DNA of 64,000 nt from Candidatus Babeliales bacterium (lineage in GTDB: Bacteria > Babelota > Babeliae > Babelales > JANWKD01). The stretch is from positions 448,001-512,000 of the forward strand of contig CAVRJM010000001.1 in assembly GCA_963722075.1 (NCBI GenBank), read 5' to 3'. Below the pieces are notes generated by a model. That model was not told the DNA's origin. It saw only the letters and a list, made by a program, of their open reading frames with translations, and did not search any database. Of this stretch, positions 29,564 to 39,932 are shown in pieces. The position numbers and the translations under genes are program-made. Within the stretch, counting starts at the first letter, position 1. Each line of letters opens with the position of its first letter.

Positions 29564-30793
29564 ATGAAAAGCATTAGTTTACTCTTATCATGGCGCTATT
29601 TACGCGCTCTACAGTATGAAAAAAATATCAGTACCATGGCAACAATATCATTTATAGGAATTATGGTGGGAACTATATGCCTTACCCTAGTCGCTTGTAT
29701 TATGCGTGGCTTTGAACGTGCTACGTATCAAACATTACAAGGATCACATGCAACATTCACTATGGAATCACATGGTAATCAATTAGCGTTTGAAGCCATA
29801 GAAAAAATTGTTCAAAAAGAATTTCCGCATCTTTACTGTAGTCCCAGTGATATACAATATATAATGGTACAAGATCATGCTGGTACCTTAAGTAATTTAG
29901 TAGCATTACGAGGCATTGATGCTGATAAAGAAGTGTATACGGCGCAATTAGAAAAAAAAATAATTGATTCTATAATTCCTGATCAAAAAACATTTCATGC
30001 AACACTTAATAAAAGCGTTCTCATTGGCCATCAGCTGGCACGCATACTTAATGTAACAAGTGGTGATACCATTCCCATTTTTTTTGTGCCCGATCATGAA
30101 CAAGACAATAAAAAAATTACGTTAGAGCAGCTTGAATTAACTATTGGTGGTATCTTTAAAACCGGCATAGAAGAATTTGATGCTAATCTTATTATTTGTT
30201 CGCTTGAACAATTACAATCTATTTTTCCCCAAAGCGGTATCACCGCCATACATTTCACCCCAAAACAAAGTTCCGATGAAAAAATAATCCAAGAACAATT
30301 AAAAAAAAGATTTCATCTGCCAGTATATTCATGGAAAGATCGTTATCCAGCATTGGTGGCTGCACTTACCCTAGAAAAATATGCCAGCATAATTGTGTTA
30401 ACATTGATTATTATTATTGCGAGCATGACTATTTTATCGTTATTATTTATGCACATATTTCAAAAGCGTAGCGATATTGCCATATTAAAAATCACCGGCG
30501 CTTCTACTCAACAAATACGGGCACTTTTTTTTAACATGGGAATTTTTATTACGCTTTCAGCGTTGGTTATAGGACTTATTATTGCCTTCTTACTGGGCGT
30601 AGCATTACAACATTATATTATCATAGAGCTTCCTGATGCCTATTTTGTAACTAATTTACCTATAGCATTAGAACCTTCAATTTTTGGTATGGTTTTTTTA
30701 ATTGTCTTATGTATTAGTATGTGCGCTACTTGGCTAGCAACGTGTGCTGCTCATACCATTAACATCGCTGATGTATTACGTTTTGAACGGTAA
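29564..30793 (+). CDS. LolC/E-type (MacB/FtsX family) ABC permease
   Basis: LSWRYLR, N-terminal TM, MRGF, periplasmic domain, GIFKTG, SWKD, KRSDIAILKITGA, AYFVTNLP, ADVLRFE. Confidence 0.88.
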   Translation: MKSISLLLSWRYLRALQYEKNISTMATISFIGIMVGTICLTLVACIMRGFERATYQTLQGSHATFTMESHGNQLAFEAIEKIVQKEFPHLYCSPSDIQYIMVQDHAGTLSNLVALRGIDADKEVYTAQLEKKIIDSIIPDQKTFHATLNKSVLIGHQLARILNVTSGDTIPIFFVPDHEQDNKKITLEQLELTIGGIFKTGIEEFDANLIICSLEQLQSIFPQSGITAIHFTPKQSSDEKIIQEQLKKRFHLPVYSWKDRYPALVAALTLEKYASIIVLTLIIIIASMTILSLLFMHIFQKRSDIAILKITGASTQQIRALFFNMGIFITLSALVIGLIIAFLLGVALQHYIIIELPDAYFVTNLPIALEPSIFGMVFLIVLCISMCATWLATCAAHTINIADVLRFER

Positions 30794-30919
30794 TATTACT
30801 ATACGTGATAATTTTTAAAAAAAATCTATTAAAATAATCCTTGATAATTTACTTTCAATAACAAATTTTGTACTATCGGATGGACACAATTTTTAAACAC
30901 TTTTTCATAAAAGGAATGT

Positions 30920-31591
30920 ATGAAAAAAATACTTATATTTGCAGCGTTTGCTGTAGGTGCATTGAGTAATAATTCGGTGCATAGTATGGAAACGTTACAA
31001 AATAATACTATGGTAAAAGTAGTTGGTACAGGGTTAGGTGCTTGCGCATTACTTTATACAACGCATAAACTTTCAGAAAATAAAAGGGTTAAAGGCATAT
31101 GTAAAAGTTACGATGTTCACCCAAAAGCACTGAGCAATCTTATTAATTTATCAGGGGGCTTGCTCTGTGCTAGTTTATTTACGAATAAAGATACTTCCCA
31201 GGTTTTCCGCGAATTTGCCTGGAAAGCGCCCTTAATTGCATCTATTTTTGTTGCCACACACACAGCTCGTGCAAAAGAATTTTTAAGTTGGGCTTCATTT
31301 GATCTGGGAGAATATATTACCTGTTCTCGTCCTCATCCAAGCACGGTTGATCGTATGAGAAATGAAGAAATAAAAAAGATACAAGATGATACAAAGAAGA
31401 GTGAAGAAGAAAAAGCAGCTGAAATAGTTAAAGTAAATAAGAAAGCTGCTCAAATCAAAACGTGCACCTTTGGATGCGAGAGATGTCAATTAACAGGAGC
31501 AGTTACTATAGTTGGTCTTTGGAAATTTGCAACTCAAGGATGTCCGATACTTATAGATATTATAAAACAAAAACTTTTTTCCCATGCTTAA
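30920..31591 (+). CDS. Hypothetical membrane/exported protein with Cys cluster
   Basis: Signal peptide; TM segments; CSRPH...CTFGCERC. Confidence 0.75.
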   Translation: MKKILIFAAFAVGALSNNSVHSMETLQNNTMVKVVGTGLGACALLYTTHKLSENKRVKGICKSYDVHPKALSNLINLSGGLLCASLFTNKDTSQVFREFAWKAPLIASIFVATHTARAKEFLSWASFDLGEYITCSRPHPSTVDRMRNEEIKKIQDDTKKSEEEKAAEIVKVNKKAAQIKTCTFGCERCQLTGAVTIVGLWKFATQGCPILIDIIKQKLFSHA

Positions 31592-31609
31592 AATAAAATT
31601 CTAATATAA

Positions 31610-31638
31610 AAGCAGTATGGTTTTATTACATACTGCTT
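31610..31638. terminator. Hairpin between the hypothetical gene and pgk
   Basis: AAGCAGTATG...CATACTGCTT. Confidence 0.45.
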
Positions 31639-31648
31639 AATATTTCAT

Positions 31649-32824
31649 ATGGTTACCATAGAGCAAAAACTCTTCAAACTTCCATCTTTTCACCTCACTA
31701 ATAAACGCGTTTTATTACGCGTTGATCTTAATGTTCCCATTCATAATGGAAACATTATGGATGATTTTCGCTTACACGCCATTCTTCCTACGCTTAATTA
31801 TTTAATTGAACATCAGGCTATTATTATTTTGGCAACGCATATCGGTCGCCCACAAGGCAAAAAAATTCCCGCACTTTCTACCCAGCATTTAGTGCCATGG
31901 TTTAAAAAACATGGCTACGAGGTTATTTTTGAACCGAATCTCACAACAGCAATTAACACCAATTATCCTTCATCATCAATTATTTTGCTTGAGAATATGC
32001 GTTTTTATGCCGGCGAACAAACGCAAGACGATAATTTTGCGCAGCAGCTTGCTTCATGCGCTGATTATTATATTAATGATGCTTTTGCAACGTTACATCG
32101 GCAAGATGTTTCAGTAAGTTTAGTGGCTCGTTATTTTCCAGAAGATAAAAAATCAATCGGGTTTTTAGTCAAAAAAGAGTTAGAAGCATTAGACACATTA
32201 AAAAACGATCCGGCACATCCCTTTCTTTTAATTCTGGGTGGTGGAAAACCAGAAACTAAAATCTCCTTAATAAAAGGAATGCTGCCGTTAGCAGATTCTA
32301 TTTTATTGTGCCCTGCCCTTGTTTTTACCTTTTTAGCCGCACAGCATAAAGAGGTAGGAAAATCGCTCATTGACGCTGCACAATTTGAGCAAGCAAAGCA
32401 GCTTATGAATGAAGCACAAAAAAATAATATGTTTCATTTTCCCGTTGATTACCAAATTGCCTTAGATTCCATACATGGACCATTAGAAGTAGTGTCCTCA
32501 GGTCAATTTCCACATAATGGAATCGGTATTGCAATTGGACCAGAAACAATAAAATTATGGCATCCATTAATACAAAATGCCCAAACAATTTTTTTTAATG
32601 CAGCGATGGGATTTGCTCAACAACCACATACCCAAGAAGCACTTAAAACATTATTGCAATGTGTTGCGCAATCAGCAGCTTATAGCGTGGTAGGTGGCGG
32701 GGATTCGGTAGCGGCAGTTCAGCGATATGGCCTTACCGCTCAGATCGATTTTCTTTCAACCGGTGGCGGTGCTACCCTTGCCTATCTGACTGGCAAGCAA
32801 TTACTAGGATTACAATATCTTTAA
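31649..32824 (+). CDS. pgk: Phosphoglycerate kinase with a divergent nucleotide-binding domain
   Basis: RVDLNVP, HIGRP, LLENMRF, INDAF, VGGGDS, STGGGA. Confidence 0.9.
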   Translation: MVTIEQKLFKLPSFHLTNKRVLLRVDLNVPIHNGNIMDDFRLHAILPTLNYLIEHQAIIILATHIGRPQGKKIPALSTQHLVPWFKKHGYEVIFEPNLTTAINTNYPSSSIILLENMRFYAGEQTQDDNFAQQLASCADYYINDAFATLHRQDVSVSLVARYFPEDKKSIGFLVKKELEALDTLKNDPAHPFLLILGGGKPETKISLIKGMLPLADSILLCPALVFTFLAAQHKEVGKSLIDAAQFEQAKQLMNEAQKNNMFHFPVDYQIALDSIHGPLEVVSSGQFPHNGIGIAIGPETIKLWHPLIQNAQTIFFNAAMGFAQQPHTQEALKTLLQCVAQSAAYSVVGGGDSVAAVQRYGLTAQIDFLSTGGGATLAYLTGKQLLGLQYL

Positions 32825-33355
32825 TTAAAATACGGGGCATAGACTCAATAAATGCAGCCCATTCATTAAATCATCATCTTGCCACTCGGCATGTCCGTTC
32901 ATATTTTCATAAACAAATAACCCGTGATTATTATGCTTCATGGTCCAGCAAAAAAATTTAGGATTATCCATGCCTAATTCATCAGCTACCGCTTCTACAA
33001 CCTGATCTGCTTGCAAACAGCCCCGCTTAGGACTTGGCTTTAAAATTGAGCGTACCGATTTATTGAAAGGAGCTTTTTCCATATGGCGAGAAAAGGTATC
33101 AGCACTATCCCAAATTGCATCGCCATGCTCAAATGCTTGAGTATGTAAATACCCGGCAACCCCTTTTAAATGATCAAAATCAGGATTATCTACTAAATAG
33201 GTTGCTTTTGCTAAATTAAAACATGATTTACTTGCTAAATCATGAAGTACAAATTCAGTAATATTTTCCCTACCGTGAAGAGAAACTATTTTACCAGGCA
33301 TGCTCGATAAAAAAAGGGGAACTTTGTAATTTCTATTCTTATTATTTTTCTCCAT
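32825..33355 (-). CDS. Hypothetical protein, possibly GAF-like fold
   Basis: 176-aa ORF with AAGGA RBS; the fold guess is tentative. Confidence 0.7.
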   Translation of the reverse strand: MEKNNKNRNYKVPLFLSSMPGKIVSLHGRENITEFVLHDLASKSCFNLAKATYLVDNPDFDHLKGVAGYLHTQAFEHGDAIWDSADTFSRHMEKAPFNKSVRSILKPSPKRGCLQADQVVEAVADELGMDNPKFFCWTMKHNNHGLFVYENMNGHAEWQDDDLMNGLHLLSLCPVF

Positions 33356-33559
33356 ACCGCTTCCTTTTTAGGTTTAGTATCCACTTTTGCTTCTGTAGAT
33401 CACCATACTATGTTAGAGCCTGATAAGCAATCAAATTTTAACAAGCGCGCATATATGCTTTATACTAAAGGGTACAGACCGTTGAAAATAATATAAAACT
33501 ACTAGTAGCATTAAAACTCATGCTATACTAGAAGAATAAACCATTTAATTGATAAATAT

Positions 33560-34618
33560 ATGATAAAAACTAAACAGTGGTATCCAACGTTATTTTTGTG
33601 TTTATTATTTTTATTTGCTCAGGGACGCAGTATACATCGGCCTATCGATCCACATGACCCTTTTATTACCGTATATTGGGTTCATGATTCAATAAAAAAA
33701 TATTATTTTCGCGATGCTCATTTACCTGAAGCTATTTTTAAACTTTATGAACCGGCATATTTTACCCAACGGCTACTTCCCAGTGGCCCAGTAAATTACC
33801 GCTATGAACCAGAAAAAACAGTTGCCGGAGCCACTCTATCAGCGCTTATTGAAGAACTCATCATTGAAATTAAAGGTCTTAAAAAAAGACAACGTAAAAT
33901 AGTATTTAAAAATTTTAACATGCTTAAAATACGTGATGTTAATAAAAAAAATCATACAGGCCTTTATGTGGTAGAATTTAAGGATTACCCATTCATTTTA
34001 AAACTGTTTGTAGAAACACCCGAAGGAATCGTAAAACCTACCGATAAAGGATTTGAACCTGTTTGCTTTTATTACTTAGCGGGATTAAGCAGACATTTTA
34101 ATGGATTTTCACGCATAAAAAATTTAGAAAATATAAAAAATATTATCCAAGCAGATCAACAATGGGCAACTAAAATCGGGTTTCCACGCAAGTGGTTTTG
34201 GCTGCCCACAAATCCTCAATGGATTACCATTGAAGGAACTAATATTGGAACTCAAAAGAATACCGTTACAACCATCCCCGCAATTTATGGCATCATTTGC
34301 GATAAAATCATTTGGCAAAAGCCCTTTACCTTATATGATCCGCAAGATCGTGAACAGGCTATTGCCTTAAGCAATTTTTTAGGCCAACGTATAGACTCGC
34401 ATATCAATAATTTTGGTATTGAAATACAAACGGGGCATATTGTTCCTATTGATTATGAACATTTTATAACGGCGGTTGGCATTGAAGAAAATTGTATTTG
34501 TAAGAACTATTTTGAATGGTATACCCATTTAACAGGCAAAATGGTAAAACGACTGCTGTTTCAAAATAAAGAGGATCGAAGAAAAGCCCAATATAAGCCA
34601 TTTAAACCAATTATATAA
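33560..34618 (+). CDS. Exported atypical kinase-like protein
   Basis: Signal peptide; FILKL (beta3 Lys), DSHINN (DxHxxN), VPIDYEH (DFG-equivalent). Confidence 0.65.
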   Translation: MIKTKQWYPTLFLCLLFLFAQGRSIHRPIDPHDPFITVYWVHDSIKKYYFRDAHLPEAIFKLYEPAYFTQRLLPSGPVNYRYEPEKTVAGATLSALIEELIIEIKGLKKRQRKIVFKNFNMLKIRDVNKKNHTGLYVVEFKDYPFILKLFVETPEGIVKPTDKGFEPVCFYYLAGLSRHFNGFSRIKNLENIKNIIQADQQWATKIGFPRKWFWLPTNPQWITIEGTNIGTQKNTVTTIPAIYGIICDKIIWQKPFTLYDPQDREQAIALSNFLGQRIDSHINNFGIEIQTGHIVPIDYEHFITAVGIEENCICKNYFEWYTHLTGKMVKRLLFQNKEDRRKAQYKPFKPII

Positions 34619-34622
34619 AAAA

Positions 34623-34650
34623 AAGAAGCACTCTAAATCGAGTGCTTCTT
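34623..34650. terminator. Bidirectional intrinsic terminator
   Basis: AAGAAGCACTC-TAAATC-GAGTGCTTCTT between convergent genes, preceded by an A-tract. Confidence 0.75.
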
Positions 34651-34678
34651 GGTATTAAATTCAGGATACTATTATATA

Positions 34679-35686
34679 TTATATAATTCCACTTTTGAAG
34701 CTATCTACTAATCTTTGTTTTTCCTGTTCATTTTTTTGTTCTTCTTGTCTTTGATGCTCTTTAAGTAACTTCGCTCTTAAAGTGTTGCATTGCCATATTT
34801 CTTCACATTTTTTATCACTTAATAAAACATTCCATGAATTATCACAATTATCTGCAATTGAGACATCAGGCGCGCAAGCTAGAAGCGCATCAGCACATTC
34901 AAAAAAAGACTCTTTTTCATCTTCTTCTTTATCTGGATCTACCATAGCAACTTGTTTAACAAGCTTAAGCAGCGGTGTATCGCCTTTATTATTCTGTATA
35001 TTAACATTCGCCCCAGCTTGCAATAATAATTTCAGCGCTTCTAAGTTTTCAGTTTTAATTGCGTAATGTAATGGTGTATTTCCTCGAAAATCTTGCTTGT
35101 TAACATTTGCTCCCCAGCGAAGTAATGCGGTAACAGCATGCACAACTTTTTGCTTATGGTTATTATTATTAATATCAAAATCAGAGTAGCATTTTTTAGT
35201 AAGAATCCAATGAAGTAATTTATGAGATTTGTTATTATAAACATCTTTATTAACATCGGTAATTTTATATGCTGAATATCGTTTTAAAAATTTTTCTAAA
35301 ACTATAGGCTTTACTACAGATCTAGATCCATAATAATCCCTAAAATAATCCCCTAAAGCCGTTCTTGCAGGAATTTCAGTTATTAATTTTTCAATAGTTT
35401 CTTTTTTTGGCATTAAACTTTCAATATATCTATTGCGTGCTTGGGTAAATATGGCAGGTTTATGTAACTCATGCTCCCAAAGTATTTCAAATCCTTTAGC
35501 TAAATTATAAGCAATCTGTGATCTATTTTTTTGTTGATGCGTTCTTATTAATCCACTATATATTTTTGTAACTTCTGAAAATCTATTTAGACCTTGCTGT
35601 TGGTTTATAAAAGGAATCCAATCAACCCATCCGGCCGTTACGATTTGAAATGTCGTTAAAAAGGCGAATATAGTTATTTTTTTCAT
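34679..35686 (-). CDS. Ankyrin-repeat protein with signal peptide
   Basis: GANVNKQDFRGNTPLHYAI...LLLQAGANVNIQNNKGDTPLL; start MKKITIF at 35686 with GAGG RBS. Confidence 0.92.
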   Translation of the reverse strand: MKKITIFAFLTTFQIVTAGWVDWIPFINQQQGLNRFSEVTKIYSGLIRTHQQKNRSQIAYNLAKGFEILWEHELHKPAIFTQARNRYIESLMPKKETIEKLITEIPARTALGDYFRDYYGSRSVVKPIVLEKFLKRYSAYKITDVNKDVYNNKSHKLLHWILTKKCYSDFDINNNNHKQKVVHAVTALLRWGANVNKQDFRGNTPLHYAIKTENLEALKLLLQAGANVNIQNNKGDTPLLKLVKQVAMVDPDKEEDEKESFFECADALLACAPDVSIADNCDNSWNVLLSDKKCEEIWQCNTLRAKLLKEHQRQEEQKNEQEKQRLVDSFKSGII

Positions 35687-35789
35687 ATTAATACCTCTAT
35701 TTTTCTTAATTATTTTATATATCAACACAACTTACTAATTGTCAAATATGTGCCCTGCTCAATTATAGGTCTTTTCTCCCCACCCTATT

Positions 35790-37205
35790 TTATTCAAACC
35801 ACATAGATTTAGTTAAATCTGTCTGATTTAAAGTGGATTGATTTAAAGAAGAACTGGAACTTGCCGAAGAAGTCGAACTCGATGGTATAAAGTTACCAGG
35901 GATCATACAAAAATCGCTACTATCATTTAAATTGTTAAGTAGATTATTAATCGAATTTTCATAATTCATAATATCAGCACGAATGGTATCTGGATAAGTT
36001 CTACTGGTATATCGTTTAGTTTTTTCTAAAATAGATCTAACGCTATCTCCCTTACTATCCTTTAAGTCAAAATTAAGAATAGGTCTATAAGAAGTATTAA
36101 GCATTACATTTATACATTTTGCGTAATCGACATTCATTCGACTAAATGGATCATTATTTACATGTGCAGACTTATCATCAGCAGCTTGTAGGGTTTCAAT
36201 AGCCTTAATAGCAAATAATAAAGGTGTTTCTTCTTTATTATTTTGAATATTTGCATTAGCCCCTTTTTCTAATAATAATTTTACTGCGGCATGATTTTCA
36301 TGCTTCATTGCATAATGTAATGGCGTATTTCCTCTACCATCCTGTCCATTTACATCCGCTCCTGCTTCAATTAATATTTTTATCGCATTTAAACTATGTT
36401 TATTTTTTAAAGCCATATGCAAAGGCATTCGCTCTCTATAATCCTTCTTATTTACTTCAGCGCCCCATTTTATGAGCGCATAAGTAAATAATTCAAGCTT
36501 TTCTTTTCTTTTAGATAAATTACCGGTTAAAAATTTATTGCTGAATATAAAATGTAACCATGAAGTTGCTTTAAAACTTCTACTTCCCTCAACTAATTGA
36601 TTTTCTCGAGGAACTTCATTTACATTGCCAATTTGATATCGTTTTGGAAAATTATCAATTACTACATCCAAATGCCTTCCTTTTTTTACATTTAATAATG
36701 CATTTAACGCAATCAATACGGGATATTGTCTTTTGTCAGCATTTTCATTTTTTATAGACTGGCATTTGATCAACGCTTCAGTTGGCGATTTTTTTGGCCT
36801 TTTGTTTTTTGATATGTTTTTTCCTGTATATAATGGTGTAGGTTCGTACAATGAACGAACATGGCTATGAGATTTTTCATGAGAGGTTTTTATATCTTCT
36901 TTGATATCGTTTTTTTGCTTATCAACCCATGGAGCATTATAAAACCCTTTTAGTAATTCCCACGCAGGACGACGCCAATTTTTTTTCTCATCATTAATTT
37001 TTTCAGATACATCATCTAGGCTTTGAATAGCTTGATCATTCGATTTAAGTGCAGAATTAATCTGATATTGTTGAGCATACTTAAATGGGCTTGATAATTG
37101 ATAGGCGACTTCTTTCATCCCCAAAAGTGTTATCCAACTATTAGATTGCTCACCATTGACTAGTTGAAATCCTATTAAAACAGTTAAAAATGCTATTTTT
37201 TTCAT
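35790..37205 (-). CDS. Ankyrin-repeat protein with signal peptide and Ser-rich tail
   Basis: GAEVNKKD..ERMPLHMA, GADVNGQDGRGNTPLHYA, GANANIQNNKEETPL; paralog of the adjacent gene. Confidence 0.92.
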   Translation of the reverse strand: MKKIAFLTVLIGFQLVNGEQSNSWITLLGMKEVAYQLSSPFKYAQQYQINSALKSNDQAIQSLDDVSEKINDEKKNWRRPAWELLKGFYNAPWVDKQKNDIKEDIKTSHEKSHSHVRSLYEPTPLYTGKNISKNKRPKKSPTEALIKCQSIKNENADKRQYPVLIALNALLNVKKGRHLDVVIDNFPKRYQIGNVNEVPRENQLVEGSRSFKATSWLHFIFSNKFLTGNLSKRKEKLELFTYALIKWGAEVNKKDYRERMPLHMALKNKHSLNAIKILIEAGADVNGQDGRGNTPLHYAMKHENHAAVKLLLEKGANANIQNNKEETPLLFAIKAIETLQAADDKSAHVNNDPFSRMNVDYAKCINVMLNTSYRPILNFDLKDSKGDSVRSILEKTKRYTSRTYPDTIRADIMNYENSINNLLNNLNDSSDFCMIPGNFIPSSSTSSASSSSSLNQSTLNQTDLTKSMWFE

Positions 37206-37296
37206 ATAAATACCCTCAATTCTATTAGAATTATTTTACTTATACAATACAGCATAATTTACTAATTGTCAAATAAGAACAGGGGTAATTATAGGT

Positions 37297-39306
37297 TTAT
37301 GCAGCGGTAGTTGTGGTAAGCACAGCCATCTGATTAAGTGCTTTGCCAATGTTAGCGTGAAGCTCATTATGTTCAAAAGCATCTAACAGTTCTTTTTTAG
37401 TGGTATCGTAAAATGCTTTATATTTAGTAACTGCCTTTTGACTCATAACCGCTAAAGAATTTAAGCTCGGTTCTTCATGCCCCTGCATATAGCGACCATG
37501 AGCAGAAAAATATGCCCCTTCTTTATTCTTAAAGAAGATTCTAACTAATGAATCTCCCTCTATTTGCACCAGCATGTCATATACCGTTACTGCATTATCA
37601 CCAGCATTGAGGATTTTTGCCTCAACTGAATCAGGATCATTGGCAAGAACAAACTCATTAATAAGATACGATTTATTAAAACAGCTCAGTGACAGCGGCC
37701 AAAAGCCTTTTAATAAATCGATAGCATAATATTGAGGCGCTTCAATCTTTTCAATATAGTGAGATGCGCAGCCAGGTAAAACCGAAATAAAGCGAGGATA
37801 AGGGGTATTATTCGTAGATTTAATAATAAGGGGAACCGATATTACCGGTGATTCTATTAATACATTATAATGATCGGTGATTTGTATGGGTAATTGTAAT
37901 TGCTGTTTTAAGCACGCCAATAACGGACTGATTTTAAATACCGTAGAGCTTTGATAAATCATAAAATGAGTACCATTTATAGGACGTATATTAGGCTCTG
38001 TTTCAATAAATTGCGGACTAATAAGCCGCCATATTTCATTATTAGCTAATTTTTCTACTTCATTAATTTTATCAATACGATTAATCATGCTAAAAAACTT
38101 TTTAATGTTAATATTAAGGAGCAATTTTAATGACCACATATTTGATAGCTGATCTAGTTCATAATAATCAATATTAAACTTATTTTCCTCTACTATTGGT
38201 AAAACAAATCCGCTATTAGTGCAATACGTAGGAATATCGGTACTATTATTAATAATAATAGGAAAATTAAAGCAATCTGGTTTGCCATCAGTGCAATATG
38301 GTTCATCCAAATGAGCTCCTGCACCAAAACAAGTAGAATAACCAAAAACGCCCATAGTAATTTTATTATTCATAAAAAGCAGAAACTTTTTAAATTCACT
38401 CACCGATAAATTACCGATTAATTCAAATTTTTCATTATTATTAGGATAAATCGGCTCCATGTTATACCCATGGCCAACTAAAAATATATCCCAGATATAT
38501 TGTGCCTTACTTCTAAATGGTGAAATAAAGATACGCTCTATTGCCGTTAAAAAATCGCCCTCTGGGCGAGCCGTTGGTTCAAAACTAACAAGCGAACTAT
38601 CACACGGATCATCAACTCGTTCCAATGAGTTCACAGATAACCCTAAAAGTTGTTCATAGTCTTTACCGGCTAACGGAACTTCTTGATTATTATTTTTTTT
38701 TGCCAATTTTTGTATATAGTTCTTTGGTATAAATAGATAATAAAAATCAGTTACTTGATATACATCCCAATCTGCTTCATTAAATTCAAATAAATAAAAA
38801 TTAAAATTAACATACAACTCTTCATTATTATCTTGTGGCAACAGCTTTTCATCTTTGAGTTGTGTTAATGCGTTCTCATTACAAAATTCTTCAGTGATCT
38901 GATCAGATACTAATAATTTAATATCGGAAAAATTAGTCGTTTGTTTTTTAAAAAAATCAGTCCAGATGTTTAATTTATTAAGTATTGCCTCATGATGAGC
39001 CTTTAATTTTGCTTCTTTAGTATTGGGTATTTGAGAGCGTAAAGAGAATTCTTGTTTACGTTCAAGGAAATTTCTCCATATACACGTAGATACAAGCATT
39101 GGAACTGATTTTTGATGAAGTGCCGCAGTCAAAAAAGCAGAAGCAAACAATCGTTGACTTGATGAACCAATACGTTCAACATTTTGACTGTTCAATATCA
39201 ACAAGTTTCTTTGCTCTTTGTTTATTTGAGTTGCATTAATTTTTGTATAAGCTGCTGAAATAAAAAAAATAAAAGAAAAAAAACGTAGGGTTAAATACAT
39301 TTTCAT
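37297..39306 (-). CDS. Exported hypothetical protein with possible clan CD (caspase/C80-like) His-Cys dyad
   Basis: Signal peptide; WDIFLVGHG and YSTCFGAG, with His and Cys 47 residues apart. Confidence 0.6.
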   Translation of the reverse strand: MKMYLTLRFFSFIFFISAAYTKINATQINKEQRNLLILNSQNVERIGSSSQRLFASAFLTAALHQKSVPMLVSTCIWRNFLERKQEFSLRSQIPNTKEAKLKAHHEAILNKLNIWTDFFKKQTTNFSDIKLLVSDQITEEFCNENALTQLKDEKLLPQDNNEELYVNFNFYLFEFNEADWDVYQVTDFYYLFIPKNYIQKLAKKNNNQEVPLAGKDYEQLLGLSVNSLERVDDPCDSSLVSFEPTARPEGDFLTAIERIFISPFRSKAQYIWDIFLVGHGYNMEPIYPNNNEKFELIGNLSVSEFKKFLLFMNNKITMGVFGYSTCFGAGAHLDEPYCTDGKPDCFNFPIIINNSTDIPTYCTNSGFVLPIVEENKFNIDYYELDQLSNMWSLKLLLNINIKKFFSMINRIDKINEVEKLANNEIWRLISPQFIETEPNIRPINGTHFMIYQSSTVFKISPLLACLKQQLQLPIQITDHYNVLIESPVISVPLIIKSTNNTPYPRFISVLPGCASHYIEKIEAPQYYAIDLLKGFWPLSLSCFNKSYLINEFVLANDPDSVEAKILNAGDNAVTVYDMLVQIEGDSLVRIFFKNKEGAYFSAHGRYMQGHEEPSLNSLAVMSQKAVTKYKAFYDTTKKELLDAFEHNELHANIGKALNQMAVLTTTTAA

Positions 39307-39413
39307 GTTATAAGGCCACCATTTAATAATTTAGAAAGAATAAGCATTATTTATTATAATAATACAAAATTTTAATAATACAAACATTTATTGATTTATA
39401 TTTCAAATTGAAT

Positions 39414-39920
39414 TTATGCCACTTCTTTGGTACGCCAATTTTCCATCCAATGAACACAACGCTGTGTTACATGCCTTGTATATGTTTTAAATTTATTCCA
39501 CATATTTGAGTGCGCCAATGCTCGTTCTTTTAAGAATTCCTCATAGGCTGCATAGCGGGTTAAAAAAAGACGTATATCTTTGAGCTGATCTGCTTGGGCA
39601 ACCTTTTCATCTCGTTCATAAAAAGCGTATGGTTTTAGTTGTTGTGCCCATTCCGGATGTTTAATTTCTAAACTATGCAGTGCGGTTTCACGGATTTTTT
39701 GTAGTTCATTTTTTTTATTTGTTTGGGATAGTTTCTCTAATTTATGAATATACCCATTTTTCTTTTCACTCACGCCAAGATAGAATTGTTTGAATTCAGG
39801 GGCATCATCTGGCGCAACTATTCGTTTTATAAACCCATCAACTGTTTTATCAATAAAATCTAGTGAATATAATGGATAGAAAAAAAATAAGAATAATAAA
39901 AAATGTAATTTGGCTTTCAT
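39414..39920 (-). CDS. Hypothetical exported protein directly downstream of dnaA
   Basis: Signal peptide; 12 nt after the dnaA stop; GGGA RBS. Confidence 0.75.
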   Translation of the reverse strand: MKAKLHFLLFLFFFYPLYSLDFIDKTVDGFIKRIVAPDDAPEFKQFYLGVSEKKNGYIHKLEKLSQTNKKNELQKIRETALHSLEIKHPEWAQQLKPYAFYERDEKVAQADQLKDIRLFLTRYAAYEEFLKERALAHSNMWNKFKTYTRHVTQRCVHWMENWRTKEVA

Positions 39921-39932
39921 AATAGTCCCTTC

